NCBI RefSeq assembly: GCF_030013595.1
Contig: NZ_CP122768.1
From: Escherichia coli
GTDB taxonomy: Bacteria > Pseudomonadota > Gammaproteobacteria > Enterobacterales > Enterobacteriaceae
Reading direction: 5' to 3' (one strand)
Length of the DNA stretch: 64,000 nt
Of this stretch, positions 52,312 to 63,936 are shown piece by piece. The notes beneath the pieces are model-generated. The model worked only from the letters and a program-made list of their open reading frames with translations. It ran no database searches and had not been told where the DNA came from. Within the stretch, counting starts at the first letter, position 1, and every line of letters starts with the position of its first letter. The translations under genes and the position numbers were made by a program.

Positions 52312-53001
52312 TTAGCGCCCCGCCCGTTCACGGCTGATTCTGGCCAGCCATTCTGAAATCAACAGGGAGATCATCGCCAGCGCAATAGAAATAATGCACA
52401 GTCTCGCCGCGCCACTTTCCCCGCCGGGGGTCTGGATCAGGGTATACATGGCAGAAGGAATGGTTCGCGTTTCACCAGGAATGTTCGACACAAAGGTGAT
52501 GGTTGCACCAAACTCACCGAGAGAACGAGCAAAAGCCAGTACCGTACCAACAATAATGCCCGGTAAGGTCAGCGGTAACGTGATAGTAAAGAAAACGCGC
52601 CAGCGCCCGGCACCCAGTGTTCTTGCGGCCTGTTCCAGTTTGACATCAACCCCTTCCAGCGCCAGACGAATTGCCCGCACCATCAGCGGAAACGACATGA
52701 CGGCGGCAGCGAGAACCGCGCCGCGCCAGCTAAAGGCGAAGGTAATGCCAAACCAGTCATACAGACGTTCACCGATAAATCCGCGCCGTCCCATCGAAAC
52801 TAATAATAAGTAACCGACGACCACGGGCGGTAACACCAGCGGTAGATGCAGTACGCTATCGAGCAGAGCTTTGCCCGGAAACGTGCAACGCACCAGTAAC
52901 CAGGCAAAAAAGATCCCAAACGGCAGGCTAAACAGCACAGCCAGGGAAGAAACTTTCAGGCTTAGTAAAACCGCCTGCCATTCTGGATCGGTCAGTATCA
53001 T
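52312..53001 (-). CDS. modB: Molybdate ABC transporter permease
   Basis: 229 aa membrane protein between modA and modC. Confidence 0.95.
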   Translation of the reverse strand: MILTDPEWQAVLLSLKVSSLAVLFSLPFGIFFAWLLVRCTFPGKALLDSVLHLPLVLPPVVVGYLLLVSMGRRGFIGERLYDWFGITFAFSWRGAVLAAAVMSFPLMVRAIRLALEGVDVKLEQAARTLGAGRWRVFFTITLPLTLPGIIVGTVLAFARSLGEFGATITFVSNIPGETRTIPSAMYTLIQTPGGESGAARLCIISIALAMISLLISEWLARISRERAGR

Positions 53002-53774
53002 TACTTGGTTGTAAATCCGTAACGTTTAAAGATTTCCGCAGCCTGCGGCCCCTTCAGATAATCATAAAATGCTTTCACTGTCGCATTGTTATGCCCTTCC
53101 ACAACTGCAACCGGATATTCCACTTTTTTATGTGAATCTTCCGGGAAGGTGGCAACCACTTTTACCCCTTTGCTGGCAACTGCGTCAGAACCGTAAACAA
53201 TACCCAGCGGCGCTTCATTGCGTTCGACCAACGCCAGCGCGCCACGAACATCTTCCGCCGGAGCCAGTTTCGGGGAGAGCGTATCCCATGCGCCCAGTTT
53301 TTGCAGTGCTTCTTTTGCATAAATGCCAGCGGGAACATGTTCCGGATCGCCAACCGCCAGGCGACCGCCATTCAGCAGTGAAGTCCAGTTGGTTTTGCTG
53401 TCGATGGTGAAATCTTTCTGCTCGCTGGCTTTCGGTGCTACAACGACCAGGCTATTGCCGAGCAGTGTCTGACGCGTAGCTGTATCGATCGCTTTTTTAT
53501 CAACCGCATAATCCATCCATTTCTGATCGGCAGAAATAAACAGATCCGCAGGGGCACCCGCTTCAATCTGACGGGCGAGAGTAGATGACGAAGCGAAAGA
53601 AGAAACCACATCCACGCCTTTCTCTTTTTTATACTGCGTAGCAATGTCCTGCATTGCGTTAGTCAGTGATGCGGCGGCGAACACCGTGATTTTCCCTTCA
53701 TCTGCCACTGCATTGCCAGCAACAGCGAAAGAGAGTGCCGCCCCGGCAAACAAGTTCAACCATTTACGAGCCAT
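53001..53774 (-). CDS. modA: Molybdate-binding periplasmic protein
   Basis: 257 aa with a signal peptide, MARKWLNLFAGAALSFAVAGNAVA. Confidence 0.95.
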   Translation of the reverse strand: MARKWLNLFAGAALSFAVAGNAVADEGKITVFAAASLTNAMQDIATQYKKEKGVDVVSSFASSSTLARQIEAGAPADLFISADQKWMDYAVDKKAIDTATRQTLLGNSLVVVAPKASEQKDFTIDSKTNWTSLLNGGRLAVGDPEHVPAGIYAKEALQKLGAWDTLSPKLAPAEDVRGALALVERNEAPLGIVYGSDAVASKGVKVVATFPEDSHKKVEYPVAVVEGHNNATVKAFYDYLKGPQAAEIFKRYGFTTK

Positions 53775-53793
53775 TGGTAACCCCTTAATGTAA

Positions 53794-53817
53794 CGTTATG
53801 TAGGCGACAATATAACG
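53794..53817 (-). promoter_or_regulatory. ModE operator at the modA promoter
   Basis: The minus strand reads CGTTATAT-TGTCGCC-TACATAACG, an inverted repeat just upstream of modA. Confidence 0.75.
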
Positions 53818-53940
53818 ACTAACTCGGAATTTTCCCAGCAGTTATTGCTAACCTTTGTGAGGTAGTTAAGAAAAAATATCGGCAGGAAAAGCAGGAAGTT
53901 GAGAAAAAGAAAATGCCCGACTAAGCGGGCATTCAGGGAA

Positions 53941-54108
<168 letters not shown>

Positions 54109-54218
54109 TCATGAGACTATTCTAACCGCTAAGCACAGAAAAGCACTCCCCTTTTGTGCGGTCAGCTTTGCGTGGCGTTCGTTTTCCGTCACAATAAGAC
54201 TTTTGCCAGGACATTGTT

Positions 54219-55007
54219 ATGCAGGCCGAAATCCTTCTCACCCTTAAGCTCCAACAAAAATTATTCGCCGACCCGCGCCGCATTTCGCTACTAAAACACA
54301 TTGCGCTTTCCGGTTCCATTAGCCAGGGAGCGAAAGATGCCGGTATCAGCTATAAAAGCGCCTGGGATGCCATTAACGAGATGAATCAGTTAAGTGAGCA
54401 TATTCTGGTCGAGCGCGCAACAGGCGGTAAAGGTGGCGGCGGCGCAGTACTGACCCGCTATGGTCAGCGACTGATTCAGCTCTATGACTTACTGGCGCAA
54501 ATCCAGCAAAAAGCCTTTGATGTGTTAAGTGACGATGACGCCCTGCCGCTGAACAGCCTGCTGGCCGCGATCTCACGTTTTTCACTGCAAACCAGCGCCC
54601 GTAACCAGTGGTTCGGTACCATCACCGCCCGCGATCATGATGACGTTCAACAGCATGTTGATGTCTTACTGGCTGATGGAAAAACACGCCTGAAAGTCGC
54701 AATTACCGCACAAAGCGGCGCGCGTCTGGGGCTGGATGAAGGCAAAGAAGTGTTGATATTGCTAAAAGCGCCGTGGGTAGGCATTACTCAGGACGAAGCT
54801 GTCGCACAAAACGCCGACAACCAATTACCGGGTATTATTAGTCATATTGAGCGCGGCGCAGAGCAGTGCGAAGTATTAATGGCGCTACCCGACGGGCAAA
54901 CACTGTGCGCCACAGTGCCGGTAAATGAAGCGACTTCTCTTCAGCAAGGACAGAATGTCACGGCCTACTTTAATGCCGACAGCGTGATTATCGCCACGCT
55001 GTGCTAA
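54219..55007 (+). CDS. modE: Molybdate-responsive transcriptional regulator ModE
   Basis: 262 aa, MQAEILLTLKLQQKLFADPRRISLLKHIALSGSISQGAKDAGISYKSAWD... Confidence 0.95.
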   Translation: MQAEILLTLKLQQKLFADPRRISLLKHIALSGSISQGAKDAGISYKSAWDAINEMNQLSEHILVERATGGKGGGGAVLTRYGQRLIQLYDLLAQIQQKAFDVLSDDDALPLNSLLAAISRFSLQTSARNQWFGTITARDHDDVQQHVDVLLADGKTRLKVAITAQSGARLGLDEGKEVLILLKAPWVGITQDEAVAQNADNQLPGIISHIERGAEQCEVLMALPDGQTLCATVPVNEATSLQQGQNVTAYFNADSVIIATLC

Positions 55008-55074
55008 GCGTGTTGACAATTTGTTATGAAACACGTATCCCTGTCAGTAATCGCTGCACAAAATGGGATATAAA

Positions 55075-56547
55075 ATGTCATCGTTGCAAATTTTGCAAGG
55101 CACGTTTCGTCTTGGCGACACAAAAACGCTGCAATTGCCTCAGCTAACGTTAAACGCGGGTGATAGTTGGGCGTTTGTCGGTTCGAATGGAAGCGGGAAA
55201 TCGGCCCTGGCCCGTGCGCTGGCGGGGGAACTTCCGCTTTTGAAAGGTGAACGGCAAAGCCAGTTTTCCCACATCACTCGTCTCTCCTTCGAGCAATTGC
55301 AAAAGCTCGTCAGCGACGAATGGCAGCGGAATAATACCGATATGCTTAGTCCTGGCGAAGATGACACCGGGCGTACCACGGCTGAGATCATTCAGGATGA
55401 AGTAAAGGATACTCCGCGTTGCATGCAACTGGCGCAGCAGTTCGGTATTACCGCCCTCCTCGACCGACTCTTTAAATACCTTTCCACTGGCGAGACGCGA
55501 AAAACCCTGCTGTGTCAGGCGCTGATGTCGGAGCCTGACTTGTTGATTCTTGATGAGCCGTTCGATGGCCTGGATGTTGCCTCACGTCAGCAGCTGGCTG
55601 AGCTACTCGCCTCGTTACATCAGTCCGGTATTACTCTGGTAATGGTGCTCAATCGCTTCGATGAGATCCCAGAATTTGTCCAGTTTGCTGGCGTGCTGGC
55701 GGATTGTACGTTAGCGGAAACTGGCGCTAAAGAGGAACTGCTCCAGCAAGCACTCGTCGCGCAACTGGCGCATAGCGAACAGCTTGAAGGTGTACAACTG
55801 CCGGAGCCGGATGAACCTTCAGCACGTCACGCCTTACCCGCCAACGAACCGCGCATTGTGCTGAACAACGGCGTGGTTTCTTATAACGATCGCCCCATTC
55901 TTAATAACCTTAGCTGGCAGGTGAATCCAGGCGAGCACTGGCAAATTGTCGGGCCAAATGGCGCGGGAAAATCGACGTTATTAAGCCTGATTACTGGCGA
56001 TCATCCGCAAGGTTACAGCAACGATTTGACGCTTTTCGGACGACGTCGCGGCAGCGGCGAAACCATCTGGGATATCAAAAAGCATATCGGTTACGTCAGC
56101 AGTAGTTTGCATCTGGATTACCGGGTCAGCACTACCGTGCGTAATGTGATCCTTTCTGGCTATTTTGATTCGATTGGCATTTATCAGGCCGTTTCGGATC
56201 GCCAGCAAAAACTGGTGCAGCAGTGGCTGGATATTCTCGGCATTGATAAACGCACGGCTGACGCTCCTTTCCATAGTCTTTCCTGGGGGCAACAACGCCT
56301 GGCGCTGATCGTCCGTGCACTGGTGAAACATCCGACGTTGCTTATTCTCGATGAACCACTACAGGGGCTTGATCCGCTCAATCGCCAGCTTATCCGCCGG
56401 TTTGTTGATGTGCTGATTAGCGAAGGTGAAACGCAATTGTTGTTTGTTTCGCACCACGCTGAAGATGCGCCTGCCTGTATTACCCATCGTCTTGAGTTCG
56501 TGCCAGACGGCGGACTCTATCGCTATGTGCTGACAAAAATAAATTGA
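55075..56547 (+). CDS. modF: ModF, tandem ABC ATPase
   Basis: The start is refined to MSSLQILQGTFRLGDTKTLQLPQ (490 aa). It has two Walker A motifs (GSNGSGKS and GPNGAGKS). Confidence 0.9.
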   Translation: MSSLQILQGTFRLGDTKTLQLPQLTLNAGDSWAFVGSNGSGKSALARALAGELPLLKGERQSQFSHITRLSFEQLQKLVSDEWQRNNTDMLSPGEDDTGRTTAEIIQDEVKDTPRCMQLAQQFGITALLDRLFKYLSTGETRKTLLCQALMSEPDLLILDEPFDGLDVASRQQLAELLASLHQSGITLVMVLNRFDEIPEFVQFAGVLADCTLAETGAKEELLQQALVAQLAHSEQLEGVQLPEPDEPSARHALPANEPRIVLNNGVVSYNDRPILNNLSWQVNPGEHWQIVGPNGAGKSTLLSLITGDHPQGYSNDLTLFGRRRGSGETIWDIKKHIGYVSSSLHLDYRVSTTVRNVILSGYFDSIGIYQAVSDRQQKLVQQWLDILGIDKRTADAPFHSLSWGQQRLALIVRALVKHPTLLILDEPLQGLDPLNRQLIRRFVDVLISEGETQLLFVSHHAEDAPACITHRLEFVPDGGLYRYVLTKIN

Positions 56548-56604
56548 GTCGGTAGTGCTGACCGTGCCGGAGGCGGCCTAAGCGCCCTCTCCGGCCAACG
56601 GTTC

Positions 56605-56637
56605 GACGCATCCAGGCATGAAACCGCGTCTTTTTTT
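56605..56637 (+). terminator. Rho-independent terminator after modF
   Basis: GACGC-...-GCGTC followed by T7. Confidence 0.7.
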
Positions 56638-56714
56638 CAGATAAAAAGCGCAATCATTCATAAACCCTCTGTTTTATAATCACTTAATCGCACATAAAAA
56701 AAGGTTAAACTCTT

Positions 56715-56730
56715 GTGTAAACGATTCCAC
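56715..56730 (+). promoter_or_regulatory. gal operator OE (GalR/GalS site), upstream of the P1/P2 promoters
   Basis: GTGTAAACGATTCCAC, followed by the CRP-site/promoter sequence aatttattccatgtcacacttttcgcatctttgttatgctatggttat. Confidence 0.85.
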
Positions 56731-56808
56731 TAATTTATTCCATGTCACACTTTTCGCATCTTTGTTATGCTATGGTTATTTCATACCATAAGCCTAATGG
56801 AGCGAATT

Positions 56809-57825
56809 ATGAGAGTTCTGGTTACCGGTGGTAGCGGTTACATTGGAAGTCATACCTGTGTGCAATTACTGCAAAACGGTCATGATGTCATCATTCTTGA
56901 TAACCTCTGTAACAGTAAGCGCAGCGTACTGCCTGTTATCGAGCGTTTAGGCGGCAAACATCCAACGTTTGTTGAAGGCGATATCCGTAACGAAGCGTTG
57001 ATGACCGAGATCCTGCACGATCACGCTATCGATACCGTGATCCACTTCGCCGGGCTGAAAGCCGTTGGCGAATCGGTACAAAAACCGCTGGAATATTACG
57101 ACAACAATGTTAACGGTACTCTGCGCCTGATTAGCGCCATGCGCGCCGCGAACGTCAAAAACTTTATTTTTAGCTCCTCCGCCACCGTCTATGGCGATCA
57201 GCCCAAAATTCCATACGTTGAAAGCTTCCCGACCGGCACACCGCAAAGCCCTTACGGCAAAAGCAAGCTAATGGTGGAACAGATCCTCACCGATCTGCAA
57301 AAAGCCCAGCCGGACTGGAGCATTGCCCTGCTGCGCTACTTCAACCCGGTTGGCGCGCATCCGTCGGGCGATATGGGCGAAGATCCGCAAGGCATTCCGA
57401 ATAACCTGATGCCATACATCGCCCAGGTTGCTGTAGGCCGTCGCGACTCGCTGGCGATTTTTGGTAACGATTATCCGACCGAAGACGGTACTGGCGTGCG
57501 CGATTACATCCACGTAATGGATCTGGCGGACGGTCACGTCGTGGCGATGGAAAAACTGGCGAACAAGCCAGGCGTACACATCTACAACCTCGGCGCTGGC
57601 GTAGGCAGCAGCGTGCTGGACGTGGTTAATGCCTTCAGCAAAGCCTGCGGCAAACCGGTTAACTATCATTTTGCACCGCGTCGCGAGGGCGACCTTCCGG
57701 CCTACTGGGCGGACGCCAGCAAAGCCGACCGTGAACTGAACTGGCGCGTGACGCGCACACTCGATGAAATGGCGCAGGACACCTGGCACTGGCAGTCACG
57801 CCATCCACAGGGATATCCCGATTAA
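56809..57825 (+). CDS. galE: UDP-glucose 4-epimerase
   Basis: The start is refined to MRVLVTGGSGYIGSHTCVQLLQNGHDVIILDNL (338 aa). Confidence 0.95.
   Translation: MRVLVTGGSGYIGSHTCVQLLQNGHDVIILDNLCNSKRSVLPVIERLGGKHPTFVEGDIRNEALMTEILHDHAIDTVIHFAGLKAVGESVQKPLEYYDNNVNGTLRLISAMRAANVKNFIFSSSATVYGDQPKIPYVESFPTGTPQSPYGKSKLMVEQILTDLQKAQPDWSIALLRYFNPVGAHPSGDMGEDPQGIPNNLMPYIAQVAVGRRDSLAIFGNDYPTEDGTGVRDYIHVMDLADGHVVAMEKLANKPGVHIYNLGAGVGSSVLDVVNAFSKACGKPVNYHFAPRREGDLPAYWADASKADRELNWRVTRTLDEMAQDTWHWQSRHPQGYPD
56828..56843 (+). promoter_or_regulatory. gal internal operator OI
   Basis: GTGGTAGCGGTTACAT, within the galE 5' end. Confidence 0.85.
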
Positions 57826-57834
57826 GGAACGACC

Positions 57835-58881
57835 ATGACGCAATTTAATCCCGTTGATCATCCACATCGCCGCTACAACCCGCTCACCGGGCAATGGATT
57901 CTGGTTTCACCGCACCGCGCTAAGCGCCCCTGGCAGGGGGCGCAGGAAACGCCAGCCAAACAGGTGTTACCTGCGCACGATCCAGATTGCTTCCTCTGCG
58001 CAGGTAATGTGCGGGTGACAGGCGATAAAAACCCCGATTACACCGGGACTTACGTTTTCACTAATGACTTTGCGGCCTTGATGTCTGACACGCCAGATGC
58101 GCCAGAAAGCAACGATCCGCTGATGCGTTGCCAGAGCGCGCGCGGTACCAGCCGGGTGATCTGCTTTTCACCGGATCACAGTAAAACGTTGCCAGAACTG
58201 AGCGTTGCGGCATTGACGGAAATCGTCAAAACCTGGCAGGAGCAAACCGCAGAACTGGGGAAAACATACCCATGGGTGCAGGTCTTTGAAAACAAAGGTG
58301 CGGCGATGGGCTGCTCTAACCCGCATCCGCACGGACAGATTTGGGCAAATAGCTTCCTGCCTAACGAAGCTGAGCGTGAAGACCGCCTGCAAAAAGAATA
58401 TTTTGCCGAACAGAAATCACCAATGCTGGTGGATTATGTTCAGCGCGAGCTGGCAGACGGTAGCCGTACCGTTGTCGAAACCGAACACTGGTTAGCCGTC
58501 GTGCCTTACTGGGCTGCCTGGCCGTTCGAAACGCTACTGCTGCCCAAAGCCCACGTTTTACGGATCACCGATTTGACCGACGCCCAGCGCAGCGATTTGG
58601 CACTGGCGTTGAAAAAGCTGACCAGTCGTTATGACAACCTCTTCCAGTGCTCCTTCCCCTACTCTATGGGCTGGCACGGCGCACCATTTAATGGCGAAGA
58701 GAATCAACACTGGCAGCTGCACGCGCACTTTTATCCGCCTCTGTTGCGCTCCGCCACCGTACGTAAATTTATGGTTGGTTATGAAATGCTGGCAGAGACC
58801 CAGCGAGACCTGACCGCAGAACAGGCAGCAGAGCGTTTGCGCGCAGTCAGCGATATCCATTTTCGCGAATCCGGAGTGTAA
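57835..58881 (+). CDS. galT: Galactose-1-phosphate uridylyltransferase
   Basis: 348 aa with the HPHGQ active-site motif. Confidence 0.95.
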   Translation: MTQFNPVDHPHRRYNPLTGQWILVSPHRAKRPWQGAQETPAKQVLPAHDPDCFLCAGNVRVTGDKNPDYTGTYVFTNDFAALMSDTPDAPESNDPLMRCQSARGTSRVICFSPDHSKTLPELSVAALTEIVKTWQEQTAELGKTYPWVQVFENKGAAMGCSNPHPHGQIWANSFLPNEAEREDRLQKEYFAEQKSPMLVDYVQRELADGSRTVVETEHWLAVVPYWAAWPFETLLLPKAHVLRITDLTDAQRSDLALALKKLTSRYDNLFQCSFPYSMGWHGAPFNGEENQHWQLHAHFYPPLLRSATVRKFMVGYEMLAETQRDLTAEQAAERLRAVSDIHFRESGV

Positions 58882-58884
58882 GAA

Positions 58885-60033
58885 ATGAGTCTGAAAGAAA
58901 AAACACAATCTCTGTTTGCCAACGCATTTGGCTACCCTGCCACTCACACCATTCAGGCGCCTGGCCGCGTGAATTTGATTGGTGAACACACCGACTACAA
59001 CGACGGTTTCGTTCTGCCCTGCGCGATTGATTATCAAACCGTGATCAGTTGTGCACCACGCGATGACCGTAAAGTTCGCGTGATGGCAGCCGATTATGAA
59101 AATCAGCTCGACGAGTTTTCCCTCGATGCGCCCATTGTCGCGCATGAAAGCTATCAATGGGCGAACTACGTTCGTGGCGTGGTGAAACATCTGCAACTGC
59201 GTAACAACAGCTTCGGCGGTGTGGACATGGTGATCAGCGGCAATGTGCCGCAGGGTGCCGGGTTAAGTTCTTCCGCTTCACTGGAAGTCGCGGTCGGAAC
59301 CGTATTGCAGCAGCTTTATCATCTGCCGCTGGACGGCGCACAAATCGCGCTTAACGGTCAGGAAGCAGAAAACCAGTTTGTTGGCTGTAACTGCGGGATC
59401 ATGGATCAGCTAATTTCCGCACTCGGCAAGAAAGATCATGCCTTGCTGATTGACTGCCGCTCACTGGGGACTAAAGCAGTTTCCATGCCGAAAGGTGTGG
59501 CTGTCGTCATCATTAACAGTAACTTCAAACGTACCCTGGTTGGCAGCGAATACAACACCCGTCGTGAACAGTGCGAAACCGGTGCGCGTTTCTTCCAGCA
59601 GCCAGCCCTGCGCGATGTCACCATTGAAGAGTTCAACGCTGTTGCGCATGAACTGGACCCAATCGTGGCGAAACGCGTGCGTCATATCCTGACTGAAAAC
59701 GCCCGCACCTTTGAAGCTGCCAGCGCGCTGGAGCAAGGCGACCTGAAACGTATGGGCGAGTTGATGGCGGAGTCTCATGCCTCTATGCGCGATGATTTCG
59801 AAATCACCGTGCCGCAAATTGACACTCTGGTAGAAATCGTCAAAGCTGTGATTGGCGACAAAGGTGGCGTACGCATGACCGGCGGCGGATTTGGCGGCTG
59901 TATCGTCGCGCTGATCCCGGAAGAGCTGGTGCCTGCCGTACAGCAAGCTGTCGCTGAACAATATGAAGCAAAAACAGGTATTAAAGAGACTTTTTACGTT
60001 TGTAAACCATCACAAGGAGCAGGACAGTGCTGA
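58885..60033 (+). CDS. galK: Galactokinase
   Basis: 382 aa with GHMP kinase motifs ([16 protein letters not shown]). Confidence 0.95.
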   Translation: MSLKEKTQSLFANAFGYPATHTIQAPGRVNLIGEHTDYNDGFVLPCAIDYQTVISCAPRDDRKVRVMAADYENQLDEFSLDAPIVAHESYQWANYVRGVVKHLQLRNNSFGGVDMVISGNVPQGAGLSSSASLEVAVGTVLQQLYHLPLDGAQIALNGQEAENQFVGCNCGIMDQLISALGKKDHALLIDCRSLGTKAVSMPKGVAVVIINSNFKRTLVGSEYNTRREQCETGARFFQQPALRDVTIEEFNAVAHELDPIVAKRVRHILTENARTFEAASALEQGDLKRMGELMAESHASMRDDFEITVPQIDTLVEIVKAVIGDKGGVRMTGGGFGGCIVALIPEELVPAVQQAVAEQYEAKTGIKETFYVCKPSQGAGQC

Positions 60034-61067
60034 ACGAAACTCCCGCACTGGCACCCGATGGTCAGCCGTACCGACTGTTAACTTTGCGTAACAACGCAGG
60101 GATGGTAGTCACGCTGATGGACTGGGGTGCGACTTTACTTTCAGCCCGTATTCCGCTTTCCGATGGCAGCGTCCGCGAGGCGCTGCTCGGCTGTGCCAGC
60201 CCGGAATGCTATCAGGAGCAGGCCGCGTTTCTGGGGGCCTCTATTGGTCGTTATGCCAACCGCATCGCCAATAGCCGTTATACCTTTGACGGTGAAACCG
60301 TGACGCTTTCGCCAAGTCAGGGCGTCAACCAATTGCACGGCGGCCCGGAAGGGTTCGACAAACGTCGCTGGCAGATTGTGAACCAGAACGATCGTCAGGT
60401 GCTGTTTGCCCTGAGTTCAGATGATGGCGATCAGGGCTTCCCGGGTAATCTCGGCGCGACGGTGCAATATCGTCTGACCGACGATAACCGTATCTCCATT
60501 ACTTATCGCGCCACAGTTGATAAACCTTGCCCGGTGAATATGACTAATCACGTCTATTTCAATCTTGACGGCGAGCAGTCTGACGTGCGCAATCACAAGT
60601 TGCAGATTCTGGCGGACGAATATCTGCCGGTTGATGAAGGCGGCATTCCCCACGACGGCCTGAAATCTGTCGCCGGAACGTCTTTTGATTTCCGCAGCGC
60701 CAAAATCATCGCCAGTGAGTTTCTTGCCGACGACGATCAGCGCAAAGTGAAAGGTTACGATCACGCGTTCTTGTTACAGGCCAAAGGCGATGGCAAGAAA
60801 GTGGCGGCGCATGTCTGGTCAGCAGATGAAAAATTGCAGCTGAAGGTCTACACCACCGCTCCGGCTCTGCAATTCTACTCCGGCAACTTCCTCGGCGGCA
60901 CACCGTCGCGGGGAACCGAACCTTACGCCGACTGGCAAGGGCTGGCTCTGGAAAGCGAATTTCTGCCGGACAGCCCGAACCACCCTGAATGGCCGCAACC
61001 AGACTGCTTCCTGCGTCCTGGCGAAGAGTATTCCAGCCTGACGGAATATCAGTTTATTGCTCAGTAA
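60027..61067 (+). CDS. galM: Aldose 1-epimerase (mutarotase)
   Basis: 346 aa. It overlaps the galK stop. Confidence 0.95.
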   Translation: MLNETPALAPDGQPYRLLTLRNNAGMVVTLMDWGATLLSARIPLSDGSVREALLGCASPECYQEQAAFLGASIGRYANRIANSRYTFDGETVTLSPSQGVNQLHGGPEGFDKRRWQIVNQNDRQVLFALSSDDGDQGFPGNLGATVQYRLTDDNRISITYRATVDKPCPVNMTNHVYFNLDGEQSDVRNHKLQILADEYLPVDEGGIPHDGLKSVAGTSFDFRSAKIIASEFLADDDQRKVKGYDHAFLLQAKGDGKKVAAHVWSADEKLQLKVYTTAPALQFYSGNFLGGTPSRGTEPYADWQGLALESEFLPDSPNHPEWPQPDCFLRPGEEYSSLTEYQFIAQ

Positions 61068-61223
61068 TGTTAAGCCCTCGTCATGAGGGCTTTATCCTCA
61101 TATTGTTCAAATCACCAGCAAACACCGACATATTTGCAACTCAATATTCACAACAACCTTACACTGCGACACTATTTTCGCTATGGTTATGCGTAAGCAT
61201 TGCTGTTGCTTCGTCACGGCAAT

Positions 61224-61243
61224 ATAATGAGAATTATTATCAT
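61224..61243 (+). promoter_or_regulatory. Fur-box-like sequence upstream of gpmA
   Basis: ATAATGAGAATTATTATCATT is close to the GATAATGATAATCATTATC consensus. Confidence 0.5.
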
Positions 61244-61269
61244 TAAAAGATGATTTGAGGAGTAAGTAT

Positions 61270-62022
61270 ATGGCTGTAACTAAGCTGGTTCTGGTTCGTC
61301 ATGGCGAAAGTCAGTGGAACAAAGAAAACCGTTTCACCGGTTGGTACGACGTGGATCTGTCTGAGAAAGGCGTAAGCGAAGCAAAAGCAGCAGGTAAGCT
61401 GCTGAAAGAGGAAGGTTACAGCTTTGACTTTGCTTACACCTCTGTGCTGAAACGCGCTATTCATACCCTGTGGAATGTGCTGGACGAACTGGATCAGGCA
61501 TGGCTGCCCGTTGAGAAATCCTGGAAACTGAACGAACGTCACTACGGTGCGTTGCAGGGTCTGAACAAAGCGGAAACTGCTGAAAAGTATGGCGACGAGC
61601 AGGTGAAACAGTGGCGTCGTGGTTTTGCAGTGACTCCGCCGGAACTGACTAAAGATGATGAGCGTTATCCGGGTCACGATCCGCGTTACGCGAAACTGAG
61701 CGAGAAAGAACTGCCGCTGACGGAAAGCCTGGCGCTGACCATTGACCGCGTGATCCCTTACTGGAATGAAACTATTCTACCGCGTATGAAGAGCGGTGAG
61801 CGCGTAATCATCGCTGCACACGGTAACTCGTTACGTGCGCTGGTGAAATATCTTGATAACATGAGCGAAGAAGAGATTCTTGAGCTGAATATCCCGACCG
61901 GCGTGCCGCTGGTTTATGAGTTTGACGAGAACTTCAAACCGCTGAAACGCTATTATCTGGGTAATGCTGACGAGATCGCGGCGAAAGCAGCAGCCGTTGC
62001 GAACCAGGGTAAAGCGAAGTAA
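61270..62022 (+). CDS. gpmA: 2,3-bisphosphoglycerate-dependent phosphoglycerate mutase
   Basis: The start is refined to [25 protein letters not shown] (250 aa). Confidence 0.95.
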
Positions 62023-62046
62023 ACGTCATTCGTTTAAAAATGAGAA

Positions 62047-62075
62047 AGCCGACTGCAAGTGAGTCGGCTTTTTTG
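62047..62075 (+). terminator. Rho-independent terminator after gpmA
   Basis: AGCCGACT-gcaagtg-AGTCGGCT followed by TTTTTTG. Confidence 0.8.
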
Positions 62076-62102
62076 TTTGTCGTTGCTAACAATGGAGCAC
62101 AT

Positions 62103-62179
62103 TGCCTGATGCGACGCTGCGCGTCTTGCCAGGGCTACGGTGATTCATCGGATACGCCACTCTGACGGCGCATCCGACA
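62103..62179. repeat. REP elements between gpmA and aroG
   Basis: tgcctgatgcgacgctgcgcgtcttgccagggctac and tcggatacgcc...ggcgcatccga. Confidence 0.7.
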
Positions 62180-62187
62180 ATTAAACC

Positions 62188-63240
62188 TTACCCGCGACGC
62201 GCTTTTACTGCATTCGCCAGTTGACGTAACAGAGCATCGGTATCATCCCAGCCAATGCAGGCATCGGTGATGCTCTTGCCATAGGCCAGCGGTTCCCCAC
62301 TCTCGAGGCTCTGATTGCCTTCCACCAGATGGCTTTCCACCATCACGCCAATAATGGCCTTTTCGCCACCGGCAATCTGCTGGCAAACGTCAGTACAAAC
62401 ATCCATCTGCTTTTTGAATTGTTTGGACGAATTAGCATGGCTGAAATCGATCATCACCTGTGCTGGCAGGCCTGCTTTGTTCAGCCCTTCTTTCACTTCA
62501 GCAACGTGCTTCGCGCTGTAGTTAGGCTCTTTACCGCCGCGCAGAATGATATGGCAATCGCCGTTACCGCTGGTATTCACAATCGCCGAATGCCCCCATT
62601 TCGTTACGGACAGGAAGCAGTGCGGCGCACCGGCGGCATTAATGGCATCGATAGCCACTTTAATCGTACCATCAGTGCCATTTTTGAAGCCTACCGGGCA
62701 AGAAAGACCAGACGCCAGTTCGCGGTGCACCTGCGATTCCGTGGTACGTGCGCCAATTGCGCCCCAGCTCATCAGGTCAGCGAGATACTGCGGGGTGATC
62801 ATATCGAGAAATTCACCCGCCGCTGGCAGACCGCTATCGTTAATATCGAGCAGCAATTTACGGGCGATTCGCAAACCGTCGTTGATCTGGAAGCTGTTAT
62901 CCATATGTGGATCGTTAATCAGCCCTTTCCAGCCCACCGTGGTGCGCGGCTTTTCAAAATAGACGCGCATCACGATTTCCAGCTCATCTTGCAGCTCTTC
63001 ACGCAGCGCCAGCAAGCGAGTGGCATACTCTTTAGCAGCGACAGGATCATGAATTGAGCACGGACCAATCACAACCAACAGGCGATCATCATTACCTTTC
63101 AGGATCTTATGGATCGCTTTTCGGGCATGGGCGACCGTATTCGCGGCATTTTCAGTAGCGGGGAATTTTTCCAGCAATGCGACAGGAGGAAGTAACTCTT
63201 TGATTTCTTTGATGCGTAAATCGTCGTTCTGATAATTCAT
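62188..63240 (-). CDS. aroG: DAHP synthase, Phe-sensitive
   Basis: 350 aa, MNYQNDDLRIKEIKELLPPVALLEKFPATENAANTVAHARKAIHKILKGND... Confidence 0.95.
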   Translation of the reverse strand: MNYQNDDLRIKEIKELLPPVALLEKFPATENAANTVAHARKAIHKILKGNDDRLLVVIGPCSIHDPVAAKEYATRLLALREELQDELEIVMRVYFEKPRTTVGWKGLINDPHMDNSFQINDGLRIARKLLLDINDSGLPAAGEFLDMITPQYLADLMSWGAIGARTTESQVHRELASGLSCPVGFKNGTDGTIKVAIDAINAAGAPHCFLSVTKWGHSAIVNTSGNGDCHIILRGGKEPNYSAKHVAEVKEGLNKAGLPAQVMIDFSHANSSKQFKKQMDVCTDVCQQIAGGEKAIIGVMVESHLVEGNQSLESGEPLAYGKSITDACIGWDDTDALLRQLANAVKARRG

Positions 63241-63555
63241 GTCTGTTCCAGTGTTGCCATACTTATCTTAGTGAATGCAATACTTCCAATCTATATCTTC
63301 CGTCAGAATGTGTAAACGGGGTTTTACACTATGAACGGATTAATCCTGGAATTAGCAAGAAAAACGCCAGATTGTCGCGAAAAACGAGATCTCTCCTACA
63401 ATTTCTAACTGTAACTCCTTTGTTTGTTAATTATTTCAAGATTCTCTGCTGGGTATCTTTGCCTGGCTGAAATCTTAAACCATTGCCTTATATTCACCTG
63501 CAAATGCACTGTTGGAAGAGGTTATCCGACATAACGACCATAACAGGAGCATCCT

Positions 63556-63936
63556 ATGAAAATGACAAAACTGGCCACACTATTTTTGACTGCCACTCTA
63601 AGCCTTGCCAGCGGTGCCGCACTGGCTGCCGATAGCGGAGCGCAAAGCAATAACGGCCAGGCAAACGCCGCAGCTGATGCGGGCCAGGTAGCCCCTGATG
63701 CCCGTGAAAATGTCGCGCCAAATAACGTCGACAATAACGGGGTAAATACCGGTTCTGGCGGCACAATGCTGCATCCGGATGGTTCTTCAATGAACAATGA
63801 CGGCATGACCAAAGATGAAGAGCACAAGAACACCATGTGCAAAGATGGTCGCTGTCCGGATATCAATAAAAAGGTACAAACTGGTGATGGCATCAACAAT
63901 GATGTCGATACCAAAACCGACGGTACCACGCAGTAA
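63556..63936 (+). CDS. ybgS: YbgS, secreted Asn/Gly/Asp-rich protein
   Basis: 126 aa with the signal peptide [24 protein letters not shown]. Confidence 0.85.
   Translation: MKMTKLATLFLTATLSLASGAALAADSGAQSNNGQANAAADAGQVAPDARENVAPNNVDNNGVNTGSGGTMLHPDGSSMNNDGMTKDEEHKNTMCKDGRCPDINKKVQTGDGINNDVDTKTDGTTQ

Noticed and set aside
57268-57789. 173-aa minus-strand ORF. The same applies to the antisense ORFs across galT/galK/galM (58558-59196, 59461-59961, 60417-60764) and aroG (62329-63057).
   Set aside because: All of them are antisense shadows of well-recognised housekeeping genes.
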